The translations under genes and the position numbers were made by a program. Positions 10,901 through 22,800 of a DNA stretch of 64,000 bases are shown piece after piece. Numbering within the stretch: position 1 is the stretch's first letter; each line of letters opens with the position of its first letter. The stretch is from Cyanophora paradoxa CCMP329. Its lineage: Eukaryota; Plantae; Glaucophyta. The stretch lies in assembly GCA_004431415.1 (NCBI GenBank), contig QPMI01000088.1:62001-126000 (forward strand). Direction: 5' to 3'. The notes below the pieces were generated by a model. It saw only the letters and a program-made list of their open reading frames with translations, searched no databases and was not told the DNA's origin.

Positions 10901-12920
10901 ATGTGGCCAAGTGGCCAAGTGGAGAAGTCGTTCGCGGCGGCGGAGACCGCTCTCGGCCCGCAGCTCGCGCTCCTACGGCACCTGCGGGTCGCCAGCAAAG
11001 CCCTCGCCACCGCACGCCGCCTCGAGCAAGCCACCCGGTCAGCATTTACGCCTACGGACGGGCTGGAGTCGCTCGTCGCGGTGGTCGAGGAGGAGCTGAA
11101 GGCCGTCAAGCGCCGCGTCGTCGGCGCGGCGGCCGTCTTCGGGCACACGCCGGCGGGCCACGAGGACCGCTCAAGCTTGCGTTCGGCCGACTTCGAGGCC
11201 CTCCTCTCGGCCCTGACGCCCCTCGCAGAGGCGCGCCAGCTTTGTTTGATCGAATTCATGATGAGCTTCTCGGTCTTACGGGCCGTCCGCTTGCAGGCGA
11301 CGAACGAGGCAGCGAGAAAGCTCGAAGATCACGCAAGCGCGCATTTGAGAAAGCCGGACACGGCGAAGGATTCCAGGGATGCTTTCGGCGAGTTTCTTGT
11401 GCGCGTCCCAGCGCCGCATGCGCAAGTTCTACGCGATCACTTGAGCTCGAGTGCAGGCGGCAGTTTTCACGCTCGGCTTTTCTCTCTTGGTTAGCAAGAA
11501 AGCCGAGGACGACAAGCGGGCCTCGGCGCGGCGCGCGGCTTGGGACAACCTCCTTGCGCTCCGGCGCGTCTTGGAGGCCCTGTGGTTCCGCGTGCGCGGC
11601 GCGCAGGCCGGCCCGCCCCGCGGCGACGTCGTCGCGCCCCTCGTCGCACGCTGCAGCCGTGCGCGCTCCCCGATCCTTTCATTTCGCTTCTCAGCGACGA
11701 GAGCTGCAGATGAGGTGGCGCAGGAGCTGTCTCGGTGGGAGCTGGCCAAGTGGGGCGTTCGCGGCGCCGCAGCCCTCGCCTCCTACGGGTGGACCTTCCA
11801 CGGTCCCGCCGCCGCCATTGGCTACTCCACTCAAGTGCGCCTCGCCGCCCTGTATACCCCCCCCTCCCCATCCCCCCTCGCGGCGGGCCAGCCCAGCGGC
11901 GGGCCAGCTCAGCCCCCCTCTTCCATCGACTCCTCCGCTCCGCCGGCGCCGCCTTCTCCTTCGGCAATTTTTTCCCGCCTTTCATTCTCCAAGTAGTTGC
12001 CACCCGAGTAGCTCTCTTCCTCGTCCTCTTTCATCATACCCCCTCCCTCTTTCGCCCCCCTCTACCCCCTCCTCTCCTCCACCCCCTCCCCCCTCTACCC
12101 CTCCCCCTCCCCCTCCCCTACTTCTCACGCTGTCTTCTCACGTTGTATTACCCTCTCAGGTCGGCACTCTAATGGCTACTGCCGCCTCTGCTGCTTCCGG
12201 CGCCATCGTTCTCGGCATCTCGTGTGCGCATGCGGCCCTTACCATGAGTCAAAGATTTAGCATTGTCGTTAGGTCCGCCTGCCTTGCGTTTTAATTCCGC
12301 TGCAGATTCTGTTGCTAAGCAGCTCCAGATGCATATGGCAAAGGGGTACGTATGTGGTCTTCCTCGATTATCCTGAATCCGAATTGGCGTTCATTGGGAT
12401 GTGCAGGCTGCTAGGCGCATCGGCGGCTGCGGCGGTGGCAGGCTCTGGCGGCCTCCTGGCTTACTACTCTGCTGTAAGTGCATGGAAGCCTGAAAGCGCC
12501 CTCTCGCATACTGGGGGCACCCTCCTCGCTACCGCGGCATTCGTTGTACCCGTCGCCCTCGTGCGTTCATCTGTTTGCGTAGATCTCTCGCTCGCAACAA
12601 CCAAGCGAGCGCCCCTCCAGGCTGCCAAGCACTTGAACTCCCTGGTGGCAGCCGGCGTCGCCCCGCTCGAGGACCGGGTGCGCAGTGGAGATCCCCTTGT
12701 AATCGGTCGCCCTCGATGGTCTCGCCGACCGGCTCCAACGCAGCTCGCCGAGGTCACGTTCGCCGCGGATGCCGTCGCAGAGGCCGCCGCGGCTTTCGGG
12801 GCCGCAGAGAAGGGCGGGGGCCGCTCGCAGCCCTCCACCGCGCCCTTCCAGCCCTTCAGCCTACCCGCCCCCGCGGAGACTGCACCCCCGAAGCCCGAAC
12901 CCCTCTGCTCCATCATGTGA
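10901..12920 (+). CDS. Hypothetical membrane protein ending in a CaaX box (CSIM), multi-exon
   Basis: Consecutive exons (ORFs 10901, 11451, 12160 region, 12312) joined by GT-AG introns; Ala/Gly-rich hydrophobic segments; terminal PEPLCSIM*. Confidence 0.55.
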
Positions 12921-13852
12921 CCCCTCTCGAATCGTTTTCGTCATCTCACCTGCGTTTTGCTTGGCCTTGGCCACGCATTGTGTCGAGAAGTTCTGTGCTT
13001 TCGGTATCTTCAGAGTTCGGTTTTTCAATGTCTTTAGATATTCCCGGGTCCCCCTGTACGGATATTCCCGATGGTCTCATGATCAGAGTCTTCAAGATAT
13101 CCGAGTTCGAATTCAGTGTTGTTCGATGGAGATCTAGAGCTCGAGAGACTTTTGTTCTTGTCTTTCGAATTCGAATATACTACTAATATTCCCTCTCGTC
13201 TTTGTCAAACTCGAACGCGAGTCACTGAGTTGCTAAGCTAATTATTGAATCCGATGATCATGAATCATTGAATAAAAGCGGGATTCGAACGACTCGCCGA
13301 GTCGGCGAATCATGACATGTACATGATCATGCGCCGCAGCGGTACGTATACCGCCGTGACCGTACTACGTAAACTACGGTACCGGTGGCGGGGGCGAAGC
13401 CCTGACTCAGCGGGGCCCGGCCGATGATCAAGATCGGATCGCAGAATATGAACTTAGAAAGTCCGACGGTCCACGCCCCCCTGGGCCCAGGCCCTCGCCG
13501 GAGTTGCAACTCAGTCACCGCTGCCGTAGGCCTCGGGCCTACGTCCACTTCTACGCTAATCCAACATCGCATTATGACATGAACGAAGAAAATCACATGC
13601 ACACATATGCCTTGAAACCCGAAAGTCGCTTCTTGAATTTAAAAACCTACCGTGACTCTAACCTCTGGCCGGCGCGCCTGCCGCCGCGGCAGACGCGCTC
13701 GTAATCGAAAATGAGGGGAACGACGACGAGCGGGTCCGTGCAGAGAAAGCATAAAGACTCTGAGCGAGAACTACAGAATTAGGAGCGGTCCTGTACCCCG
13801 CTAGATCCCCAGCGGAGCGAAAAGAATTCGAAGAAGAGGAGGGGCGCGGGCC

Positions 13853-16800
13853 CTACTCCGCGTCGGAGAGAGTCGACATGGAGCCGCTCATGCTCTGGAT
13901 GCGGAAGGAGCTGCCCACGGCGCCGGCGCGGGCCGGGGCGAGGGCGGCGGCGGCCGAGCGGAGAGCCTCGGCGAGGGTCTCGCGGCGGGACGGGTCGTCC
14001 GAGGCGCGGGCGGCGGCGATGAGGCCGGCGAGCGTCGCCTCCGCGTCCTCCCGCCCCAGGTTCGTCGCCTGCTCCTGGATGAAGATCTGCCCGGCGCGCA
14101 GCGTCAGCCTGGGCGCTCGCAGGGCCGGGCCCGGCGCGTCCCCGCGGGCGGGGGGGCGGGGGGGCGGGCCTGGCGGAGGCTCTTGATGCGGCGGGCGATG
14201 TTGACCTCGTCCTCCTCGAGCCACTGGATCACCCGCTGGTCGTCGCACCACGTCGAGCCGGCCGCCGCCGCGTCCCGCGACGCGTGCCGCGGGCCGAGCT
14301 GCGGCGCGCGGCTCGGGGGCGGGTGGGAGGAGGGGAGGGAGGGGCGGGGCCCGCACGTCGTCCATGGCGAGGGCGTCGTTCATGCCGCGCTCGACGTCGT
14401 CGAACTGCTGCAGCCACTTCTGCAGCATCCCCGTCACCTGCGCCCGCCCCGCTCAGCTCAGCAGCTCAGCTCGCCGGCCGGCCCGGCGGCCCGGGTCAGG
14501 GCGGGGGCCCCGCGGACCTCGCCGTACTGGATGCCGGGGCGGGCGTGCTCGATCTGGCCGCGGACGGCCTTCTCCGCGAGGCGGCGCCGCAGCCGCCAGT
14601 AGAAGAACTCGCGCGCCTGCTTCCACGGCACCACCTGCGCCCGGCCCGCCGCTCGGCCCCGGCCCTCGCCTCGCCTCGCCTCGGGGCGGGGCCGGGGCCA
14701 ACGGACCTGCTCGATGACCTTCTTGGCCTTCATGCGGCCCGGCGTGTCGTGGAGGTCGGCGAACTGCACGGCGACCTGGTTGTACATCGGCAGCAGCTCC
14801 TCCTCCCGCTGCTCGATCAGCGCCTTGATCTCCCGCCTGCCCCCGGCGCTCAGACCCGAGGCGGCCCGGCGGGGCGGGGCGGGGCGGGGCGCACTTGCGC
14901 TGCTCGGTGAGGGGCGCGCCGCTGGCGTCCTTGCCGCCGTCGCGCTTGAGCTCGGCGTTGAGCTCGCGGATGCGCGGGTCGAGCCGCGCCATCGCCGCCT
15001 GCAGGTCCCGCCTGCAGCCCCGCGGCGTGAGCGAGCGACGCAAGAGGCGCCGGAGGGCGGGGAGGGCGGGGCGGCGCACTTGCGGAACTTGATCTCGACG
15101 ATGCCCTGGGGCTCGAGGACGCCGCCGCGGGCGTCGGGGTCGGCGTACATCTCCACCATCTCGGGGTTGATCGTCGAGTCGATGACGACCCACGCCCCGC
15201 CGCGCAGCTCGCCGCCGGGCGGGATGTACACGAAGACCGGCTGCTTGTACTGCCGCAGGTGGTCCACGATGTAGGACCCGAACTTGAGGATCTCGTCGTA
15301 CATGTCCCGCATGCCGCCCGAGAAGCCGCGCCAGTTGGCGAAGACGATGAGGGGGATGCCCTCCCGGCTCATGTCCTGGATCGCCTGCGCCGTCTTGTAC
15401 GCGCTGTCGGGGAACCAGACCTGCCCCGCCTGCTGCACGACCGTCTCCTGGCTCCCCGGGTTCGCCGGGTCCGCCGGCGTCACGAGCTCCATCGTCCGCG
15501 TCTCCGTGACGATCACGCCGAGGGGGATGCCGCCGAGGCGGGCGCGGCCGGTGATGACGGTCTTGGCCCAGCCGCCGAGCGTCTCCGTCCACGAGCCGCG
15601 ATCGAAGAAGCCGGAGACCCACTCGCCCGTCGCCGCGTCGGTCACGCCGGCGAGCATGTGCCGCGGGTCGTACGCCGTCTTCGTCGGCGTGAACTGCGCG
15701 GCGGGGCCCGTCAGCGCGGCGGCACGCGGGAGGGGAGGCGGGGGCAAGGGGGCGGGCGGGCCTGGATGAGGCGGTTGATGGGGTCGACGGACTCGACGAT
15801 GGGGAGGTGGGCGCCCTGGCGCTCGGGGACGTAGGAGAGCCAGGTGAGGATCGCCGCCACGCCCGAGAGGTCGTCCGTCACCGTCTGGTGCGACACGCCT
15901 GCGGGGCACCGCTCAGCGGTGCGCGGGCGGCGGGCGGGGTGGCGGGGCGGCCGCACCGTTGGCGAACATGATCTTGGTGCCACCGATCTGCAGGTTGCTC
16001 GTGTACACGTCGCGCCCCAGCACCTGCCCCCGCCCCGCGTCAGGCCAAAAGTAGAGCGGGGGCGGGGGCGGGGCCTCAGCGGGCCTTGTTGAGGGCGGAG
16101 AAGCCGGTAAGGATGATGGGCCCGGGCCCGCGGTTCTGGATGACGCGCTGGCCGAGGCGGACGAGGTAGGCGCCGATGCCGACGGTGCGGGCCGTGACGA
16201 AGGTGAGGGTGAAGATCTCGTCGTAGGCGCGGCTCGTCTCGCCGGCGATCATGCCCGAGCCGGAAAGGTTCTCCACGCCCAGCCCGTGCTCCGCCCCGAC
16301 GATGTCCACGATGCGGTACCGCGTCTCCGTCCGCCCGCCCTCCAGGTGCACCTGCGATGCGGGGGCGGCGTTGCGTCAAGAGGGGGGCTCCAGGCCGGGG
16401 CGGGGCGGGGCCGCCTCACACCTGGACGGGCTCGCAGACGACGGACTTCTCGCGGAGGCGCTCGTAGTCGGCCTGGGAGAGGTAGAGGTACTTGAAGCCC
16501 TTCTGGGGGGCGGCCGGGTCGTTCCACTCGACCTGGAAGCAGGCCTTGACCTCGTTGGCGAGGTTGATGCGGGCCCCCGAGTTGGCGGCGAGGTAGATGC
16601 GGGGGATGCCGAGCTTGCGGGCCAGCTCCGAGGCCCGCGCGAAGAGCTCGTCCTCGCGCGGCCCGAACGACCCGCTCATGAACGTGATGTCGTTGGCGAT
16701 CACGATGATCTCCCGCCCGCCCTCCTCCGGGTATTCCGGCGTCCAGAGGCGCATCCGCCACGCCACCATGCCCACGTCGTTCTGCCCGGGGCCCCTGCGG

Positions 16801-19800
16801 AGGCGAGGCGGCGGGGCGTCAGGCGGGGCGGGGCGGGCGGGCGGAGGGGGGAGCAAAAGGCACCGGGAGGACTCGACGAGGCGGCCGTCCGAGTCGAGGA
16901 CGAGCTCGACCGTCTCGACCACCTTGGAGGGGACGCGCTTGCGGCGGTAGCCCTTGACGAGGCGCTGCTGGGCGAAGCTCTTCCATGTCTCCTGCAGGCT
17001 CTTCTCGAAGAGCTCCGGGAAGTCGTACACGTACGACGTCCCCACCTGCCGCCCAGCGTCAGCCAGCCCGGGCCGAGGCGGGGCGGAGGGGGCGGGGCGG
17101 GGCGGGGCGGACGGAGTGCGCGGCGATGCGCTTGCGCTGGATGAGGGTGAGGACGGGGTACGGCGCGTTCGGCTGCAGGCTCTGCACTTGCCCCGAGTAG
17201 GACTCGCCGATCGCGCTGCGGGCGGGCGCAGCCGCGTGAGAAACGCGACGGAGCAAGAAGAGCGAAGCGAGGGGCCGGACCTGTAGGTGGTCATGCCGGT
17301 GACGGGGTCCTTGACCTCGAGGTAGCCGTCGACGCGGAGGACGTGGCCCGTCGGGTTCGACGCCACGAACCGCAGCTGCGTCCGCGACGCCTCCGACGTC
17401 CGCACGTTGATCTGCGCGGCGAGGCGGTCCCAGGCGGTTAGAGGCGGCTCGCCTTGCTGCCGAGCCGCGCGTCGCCCGCGCGCACCTTGAGCTCGACGGT
17501 GGCGATGCGGAGCTTGATGAGGCGCGCCGAGTACCGGCTGTAGATGCGCCGCATGATCTGACGGGGCGCGGCAAGTTCAGCTGCGGGAGGAAAGGGCGGG
17601 GGGCGGGCGGGGGGCGGTGCGGGGCGGACGTGGTAGAGGGACTCGACGTCGATGGCGATGTCGGGGAGGATGTTGAGGAAGATGTGGTTCTGCTCCGTCT
17701 TCTTGTACCGCGCGTCACACATCGCCACCTCCAGCGCCTTGAGCGCCTCCGAGAAGACCCGCTCCGCGTCCGGGATCGACACCACCGTCTCGTTGCTCCC
17801 CGTGAAGATGTCCGCCTGCCGCACCAGCGCCCGCACGAAGAAGCGCCGGTCGACGTCGGCCGCCTCGGCGCGGCCGCCGGCGCCGCCCTGCTTCTCCTCG
17901 GCGAAGTAGATGTGGATCTGGCGGTTCGAGTTGGGGTACTGGATGACGTTGAAGTTGGCGAGGCGCTTGAGCTCGAGCTCGTAGGCGAGGGGCGGCAGCA
18001 CGTGGCGGTACACCGTGTCCTCCGCGTACCCGATCTTCTCCCGGAACGTGTAGAAGCCCGGGTACTCGGCCTCGCGCGCCACGATGAAGGTGACCAGCTT
18101 GATGCCGGCCATCCGCAGCGGCACGTCGTAGTTCTTGAGGAAGCGCGCGAAGGTGTCGACGAAGAACTGCTCGGTGGGCATCGAGCCCTGGCTGCCGGCC
18201 TCCCAGAGGAGGGCGACGTCGAGGATGTTGACGGGCTGCGGGTGCACGTGGCGCCCCTCGAGCGAGCGCTGGTACATCTCGACGATGCGCGGGAAGTCGC
18301 GCTCGAGCTCCTCCAGCGAGGCCACGGCCACGACGCAGCCGCGCCGCTCGGGCGCCTTGGTCGCCAGCCCCAGCAGGTTGTCCGACGAGTCGAAGACGGT
18401 CCCCAGACGGCCGGCCCGGCCCTGGCCCATGGCCGCGCGGGCGGCGGCGGCCTCGGGGTTGCCGGTGGGCGTGCTCGGCTGCGAGCTCGAGCCGGCGCCG
18501 CCGGCGAAGGTGAAGTCGAAGTCGACGCGGGCGATGCCCGAGTCGAAGACGGGCCGCAGCGACGAGATGTCGTAGGCGACGTAGGCGCGGCGGACGTAGC
18601 CCTCGATGGCCGCCTCCACGATGTCGCTCTCGGCGTGCTGGAAGAAGGGCATGAGCACGTCGAAGGTCCCGTCGTGGCTCGTGATGAGCGGCAGCAGCGA
18701 GTCGCGGCGGGCGGCCGGCTCGGTGCTGCGGGCGGCGGCCCGGAGCGTCTCCTCGAGGCGCTGGCGGCGCTGGATGTACGTCGGCATGTTGTGCGTCATG
18801 AGGAGCTGGCGGGCCTTGAGGCCGACGTCCGAGTAGCTGCGGCCCGAGAAGCCGGCGATGTCCTGCAGCGCCGACACGTAGTGCTCGATCGCGTTGGTCG
18901 AGCCGATGTGCTCGAGGATGGCCAGCACGAGCTTGCTCTTGCGGGCGACCTCGCGGTGCGACATCAGGCGGTCCACGACCTTGGCCATCTCGCTGCGGTT
19001 CTGCTCACGCATCTCCTCCAGCACGTCCTCGTCGCTCTTGCCCTGCGCGGCGACGGGGCGGCGTGAGGCGCGGAGAGGGGCGCAAGGGGCGGGGCGGACC
19101 ACGGAGAAGGCGTGCTCGGTCTGGTTGTACTCGCGGATGAGGTCCGAGAGGACGGCGACCTCGCGGCCGGCCGAGCCGCCGGCGTACGCCGCGCAGAGGT
19201 CCGCCAGCGGCTTCGTCTGCGCCGCGTACGCGTCCTTCTCCGCCTTGCCCGGCAGCTTCCCCGCGATCTAAAGCAGGGATCAGGCGGGCCCGAGCCAGCA
19301 TCGAGCCTCGAGGCGAGGGGGTCGGGCGGGACCTCGTCGAGGAGGGTCTTGAGGGCGGCGACGTTGAGCTCGGGGCGGGCGGCGCCGGGGCCGGCCTTGC
19401 GGAACTCGGCGACGGCCGCCGAGTACTCGGCGAGGGCCTTCTCGACGCCCTGCACGAGCGGGGCGGGGACGCGGCTGGCGATGACGCTGAGGACCTCCTT
19501 GTACTCGAAGAGCGGGAGCTCGGGGTCGCGCAGGCAGGCGACGAGGTCCTGGACGACCTCGGGGCGGTTCTCGTAGCCGGCCATGATCATGCGCGCCGCG
19601 TTGAGCGCCTCCCGCATGTTCTGGTGCACCTTGTCGCCCGTGACGCGCGGCTTGCGCAGCGCCGGCAGCACGCCCTCCCACACCGTCGCCCGCCGGACCT
19701 GCGGGGCGAGACGCTCAGCTCGGCGCCGCCGCGGCGCCCCGGGCCCGCCGCCCCGCTCGGTTTTCTCGGACCTTGGTGGGGTCGTCGAGCTCGAGGACGG

Positions 19801-22800
19801 CGATGAGGTCGCCGGCCTCGAGGACGCTGCCCTCGACCTTGTGGTAGTGGATGCGGCCCGACTCGGGGGCCACGAGGGGCATGTACATCTTCATGACCTC
19901 GATCTCGGCGTACGAGGCGCCGGCCTTGACGTGCGCCCCGTCCTCCAGCAGGTGCCGCACCAGCTTCCCCGTCATCTGCGAACGAAGCTGCGCGCGGGGC
20001 GGCGTCGGACGCGTAGGAGGCGGGGGGAGGCGACCGGCGGGGCGGGGAGGGGCGGACCTGCGTGGGGTCGTACTCGTTGGGGAAGATGGCGGTCTTGCCG
20101 TCGATGACGAGGCGGAGGCCGCCGACCTCCTCCTTCGCGTACACCACGTGCGACTTGCCTGCCCGAGGCGAGGAGCGAGCCGGCGTGAGCGGCGCGGCGC
20201 CGTGCGGCGCGGTGCGGCGCGGCGCGGGGGGTGCGGGGGCACCGTCGAGGAGGATGAGGAGGCCGCCGTCGGAGAGGGGCCGGACCTCGGCCTGGGCGCT
20301 CGTCTTGTTGATCGTCAGCTTGTACGTGTTCGGGCAGCACCGCGTCACCACGAAGTTGTACTGCGCCCCGCCCGCTCAGTCCGGGGGGCCGAAGCAGCGC
20401 GGAGGGCCGCCGCCGGCCGCCGGCTCGGACCTTGTTGTCGTCGTAGATGAGGTCGATGGTGAAGGAGATGAGGGAGATCTGCTTGGGGGGCATCTGCCCG
20501 CGCTCCAGCATCGCCTGCACCTCCGCCGTCCGCGCCCGCGCCATCGTGAACGCCCGCTGCAGCGCCCCGCACATCACCGCCAGCAGCGTCTCCGGCTTGT
20601 CCGCCGTCATCTTCTCCGAGATCAGGCCTGCACCCCGCCCCGCGTCAACGGAGGGGACGAGCCGGAGGCGAGCGGAGGGGAGGCCGGCACCGTCGAGCCA
20701 CTGCGTGTTGATCTCGTTGGCCTTGTACTGCTTCGTCTCCAGTAGCTTGATCAGGTACTCCACCTGCGGGGAGGGTGAGGAGGGGCGCGAGGGCAGCCGA
20801 AAAAGACGGAGGGGAAAGGATGGGAGGGGAAAGGGGGCGTCGCCGGCATCAGGGATAGAAAGTGTCCACATTGGGGTTCGGACTTCAACGAGGATAATAT
20901 CATCAATTGGCGGCGACGCCACGGGAGAGGGAAGAGGGGGTTCAGCGGGCTCGGGTTGTCAGCAAAATGTGTCATCAAAGGGGTTCTCGAGGCCCCACAG
21001 GTCTATCAACTTTACTTGGAGCATCATTCGAGCCGACGCAAGGAAAAGCTCTAGGAAGAATGAGAAAGGAGGCGGGCAGGTCAGCAAAATGTGTCATCAA
21101 AGGGGTTCTCGAGGCCCCACAGGTCTATCAACTTTACTTGGAGCATCATTCGAGCCGACGCAAGGAAAAGCTCTAGGAAGAATGAGAAAGGAGGCGGGCA
21201 GGTCAGCAAAATGTGTCATCAAAGGGGTTCTCGAGGCCCCACAGGTCTATCAACTTTACTTGGAGCATCACTCCGCACGCCAAGGAAGCAAGCGAAAAGA
21301 AACGAAAACCAAACACGCAAGCGGGCGAGGGGCGGACCGGGGTGCGGATCTCGCCGTGGATGGAGAGCTCCTTAAGGGCGCAGACGAGGTTCTTGCGCGC
21401 GAACTCGCGGTCCTCGCCCCACGCGAACAGATGCCCGAACTGCCCGCACCGAGGTCAGATTCGAGCTCGAAACCGATCCGGGCAAGCGCCGGGCTCGAAC
21501 CTGCGAGTCGGAGTACTCGTGGATGCCACCGCGGCCCGACACGGAGAAGTAGCCCCAGACGTTGGGCGTGGAGCGGAAGTTGAGCTCCTGGATCTGCCCG
21601 CTCGTCGGCTGGAAGCCCTGCGAGCAAGCAAGTCAGGAACGCGACGTCCGGCGAGCCGCGTCGGCTGGGAGCCCCGCGCGGACCTCGTCGGGGTTCTCGG
21701 CCGTGATGCGCGCCGCGATCACCTGCGAGCCGAGTGAGCAGGAGGAGAGGAGAGGAGAGGGGGGGAGAGGGGAGGGGGCGGACGTGGCCCTTGGGCCCGA
21801 CGCGCTGCTTCTTGTCGAAGTCGATGGCGGCCTCGCCGTAGGGGTCCTCGCCGTAGAGGCGCCGGATGGCCGGGATGCGGTCCAGCCGGATCCCCATCGC
21901 CACGTTCAGCTGCGCCGCCGGCAGGTTCACGTCCGTGATCCACTCCGTCACCGGATGCTCCACCTGCCCCCGCCCAGCCCGACCATCAGGCTCGACTCCG
22001 GCGGAATGCGGGCGGGCGGGCGGGCGGGCCTGGAGGCGGGGGTTGAGCTCGAGGAAGTAGTACTTGCCGTTGTCGTAGAGGTACTCGACGGTGCCGGCCG
22101 AGGCGTAGTTGACGAGCTTGGCGAGCCGCACGGCCGCCTTCTCCATCTCCGTCCACACGTGCTCGGGCGCCGCGACCACGGGGCCCTCCTCCAGGATCTT
22201 CTGGTGCCGCCGCTGCACGGAGCAGTCGCGCCCGTACAGCGCGATCGCGTTGCCGTGCTGGTCCGCCAGCAGCTGGACCTGCGCGCACCCCGGGTCAGGC
22301 CCGGCCGTGCCGCGCCGGTCGGGGCCGGCTCGCGAGGGCGGACCTCGAGGTGGCGGGAGGAGGCGCAGAGGCGCATGATGAAGATGGGGGAGCCCGGGAC
22401 CTCGCCCTGCACCGCCCGGAAGGCCGTCGGCAGCGCATCCGCCGATGTCACCTGCCCGCCCGCCCACCCCGTCGGAAAAGGGCGCGCGCGGTCGCGCCGG
22501 GGCCGCGAGCGGACCTTGCGGATGCCCTTGCCACCGCCGCCCTCGGAGGCCTTGATCATGATCGGGTAGCCGACCTTCTCCGCGGAGGCGAGCGCCTCCT
22601 CGACGGTCGTCACGCAGGCCTGCGGGGCAGACGACCGGTCAGCTCGGACGCAGAGGAAGGGAGGAGGAGAGGGGGGAAGGCGGGGGCAGGGCGGGCCTTG
22701 CGGTAGACGTCCTCGGGGATGCCGTTGGTCTTGTAGTCGACGGTGATGCCGTCGCCGGACCAGCCGACGCAGGAGACCTGCGCCGACTGCGCCAGGATCG

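Larger units (their letters stand above)
20958..21270. repeat. Tandem repeat, 122-bp period, about 2.6 copies, inside ACC intron 20764-21337
   Basis: GTCAGCAAAATGTGTCATCAAAGGGG starts at 20958, 21080 and 21202. Confidence 0.97.

Noticed and set aside
13525-13556. Hairpin as a Helitron 3' end
   Set aside because: Followed by CTAC rather than CTRR, and no 5' TC boundary or second copy is identifiable
20958-21270. 122-bp repeat as a CRISPR array or coding repeat (ORFs 20447, 20907, 21091)
   Set aside because: Units are identical with no unique spacers, no cas genes, and it lies in a eukaryotic intron; C/D boxes and rRNA complementarity explain it better
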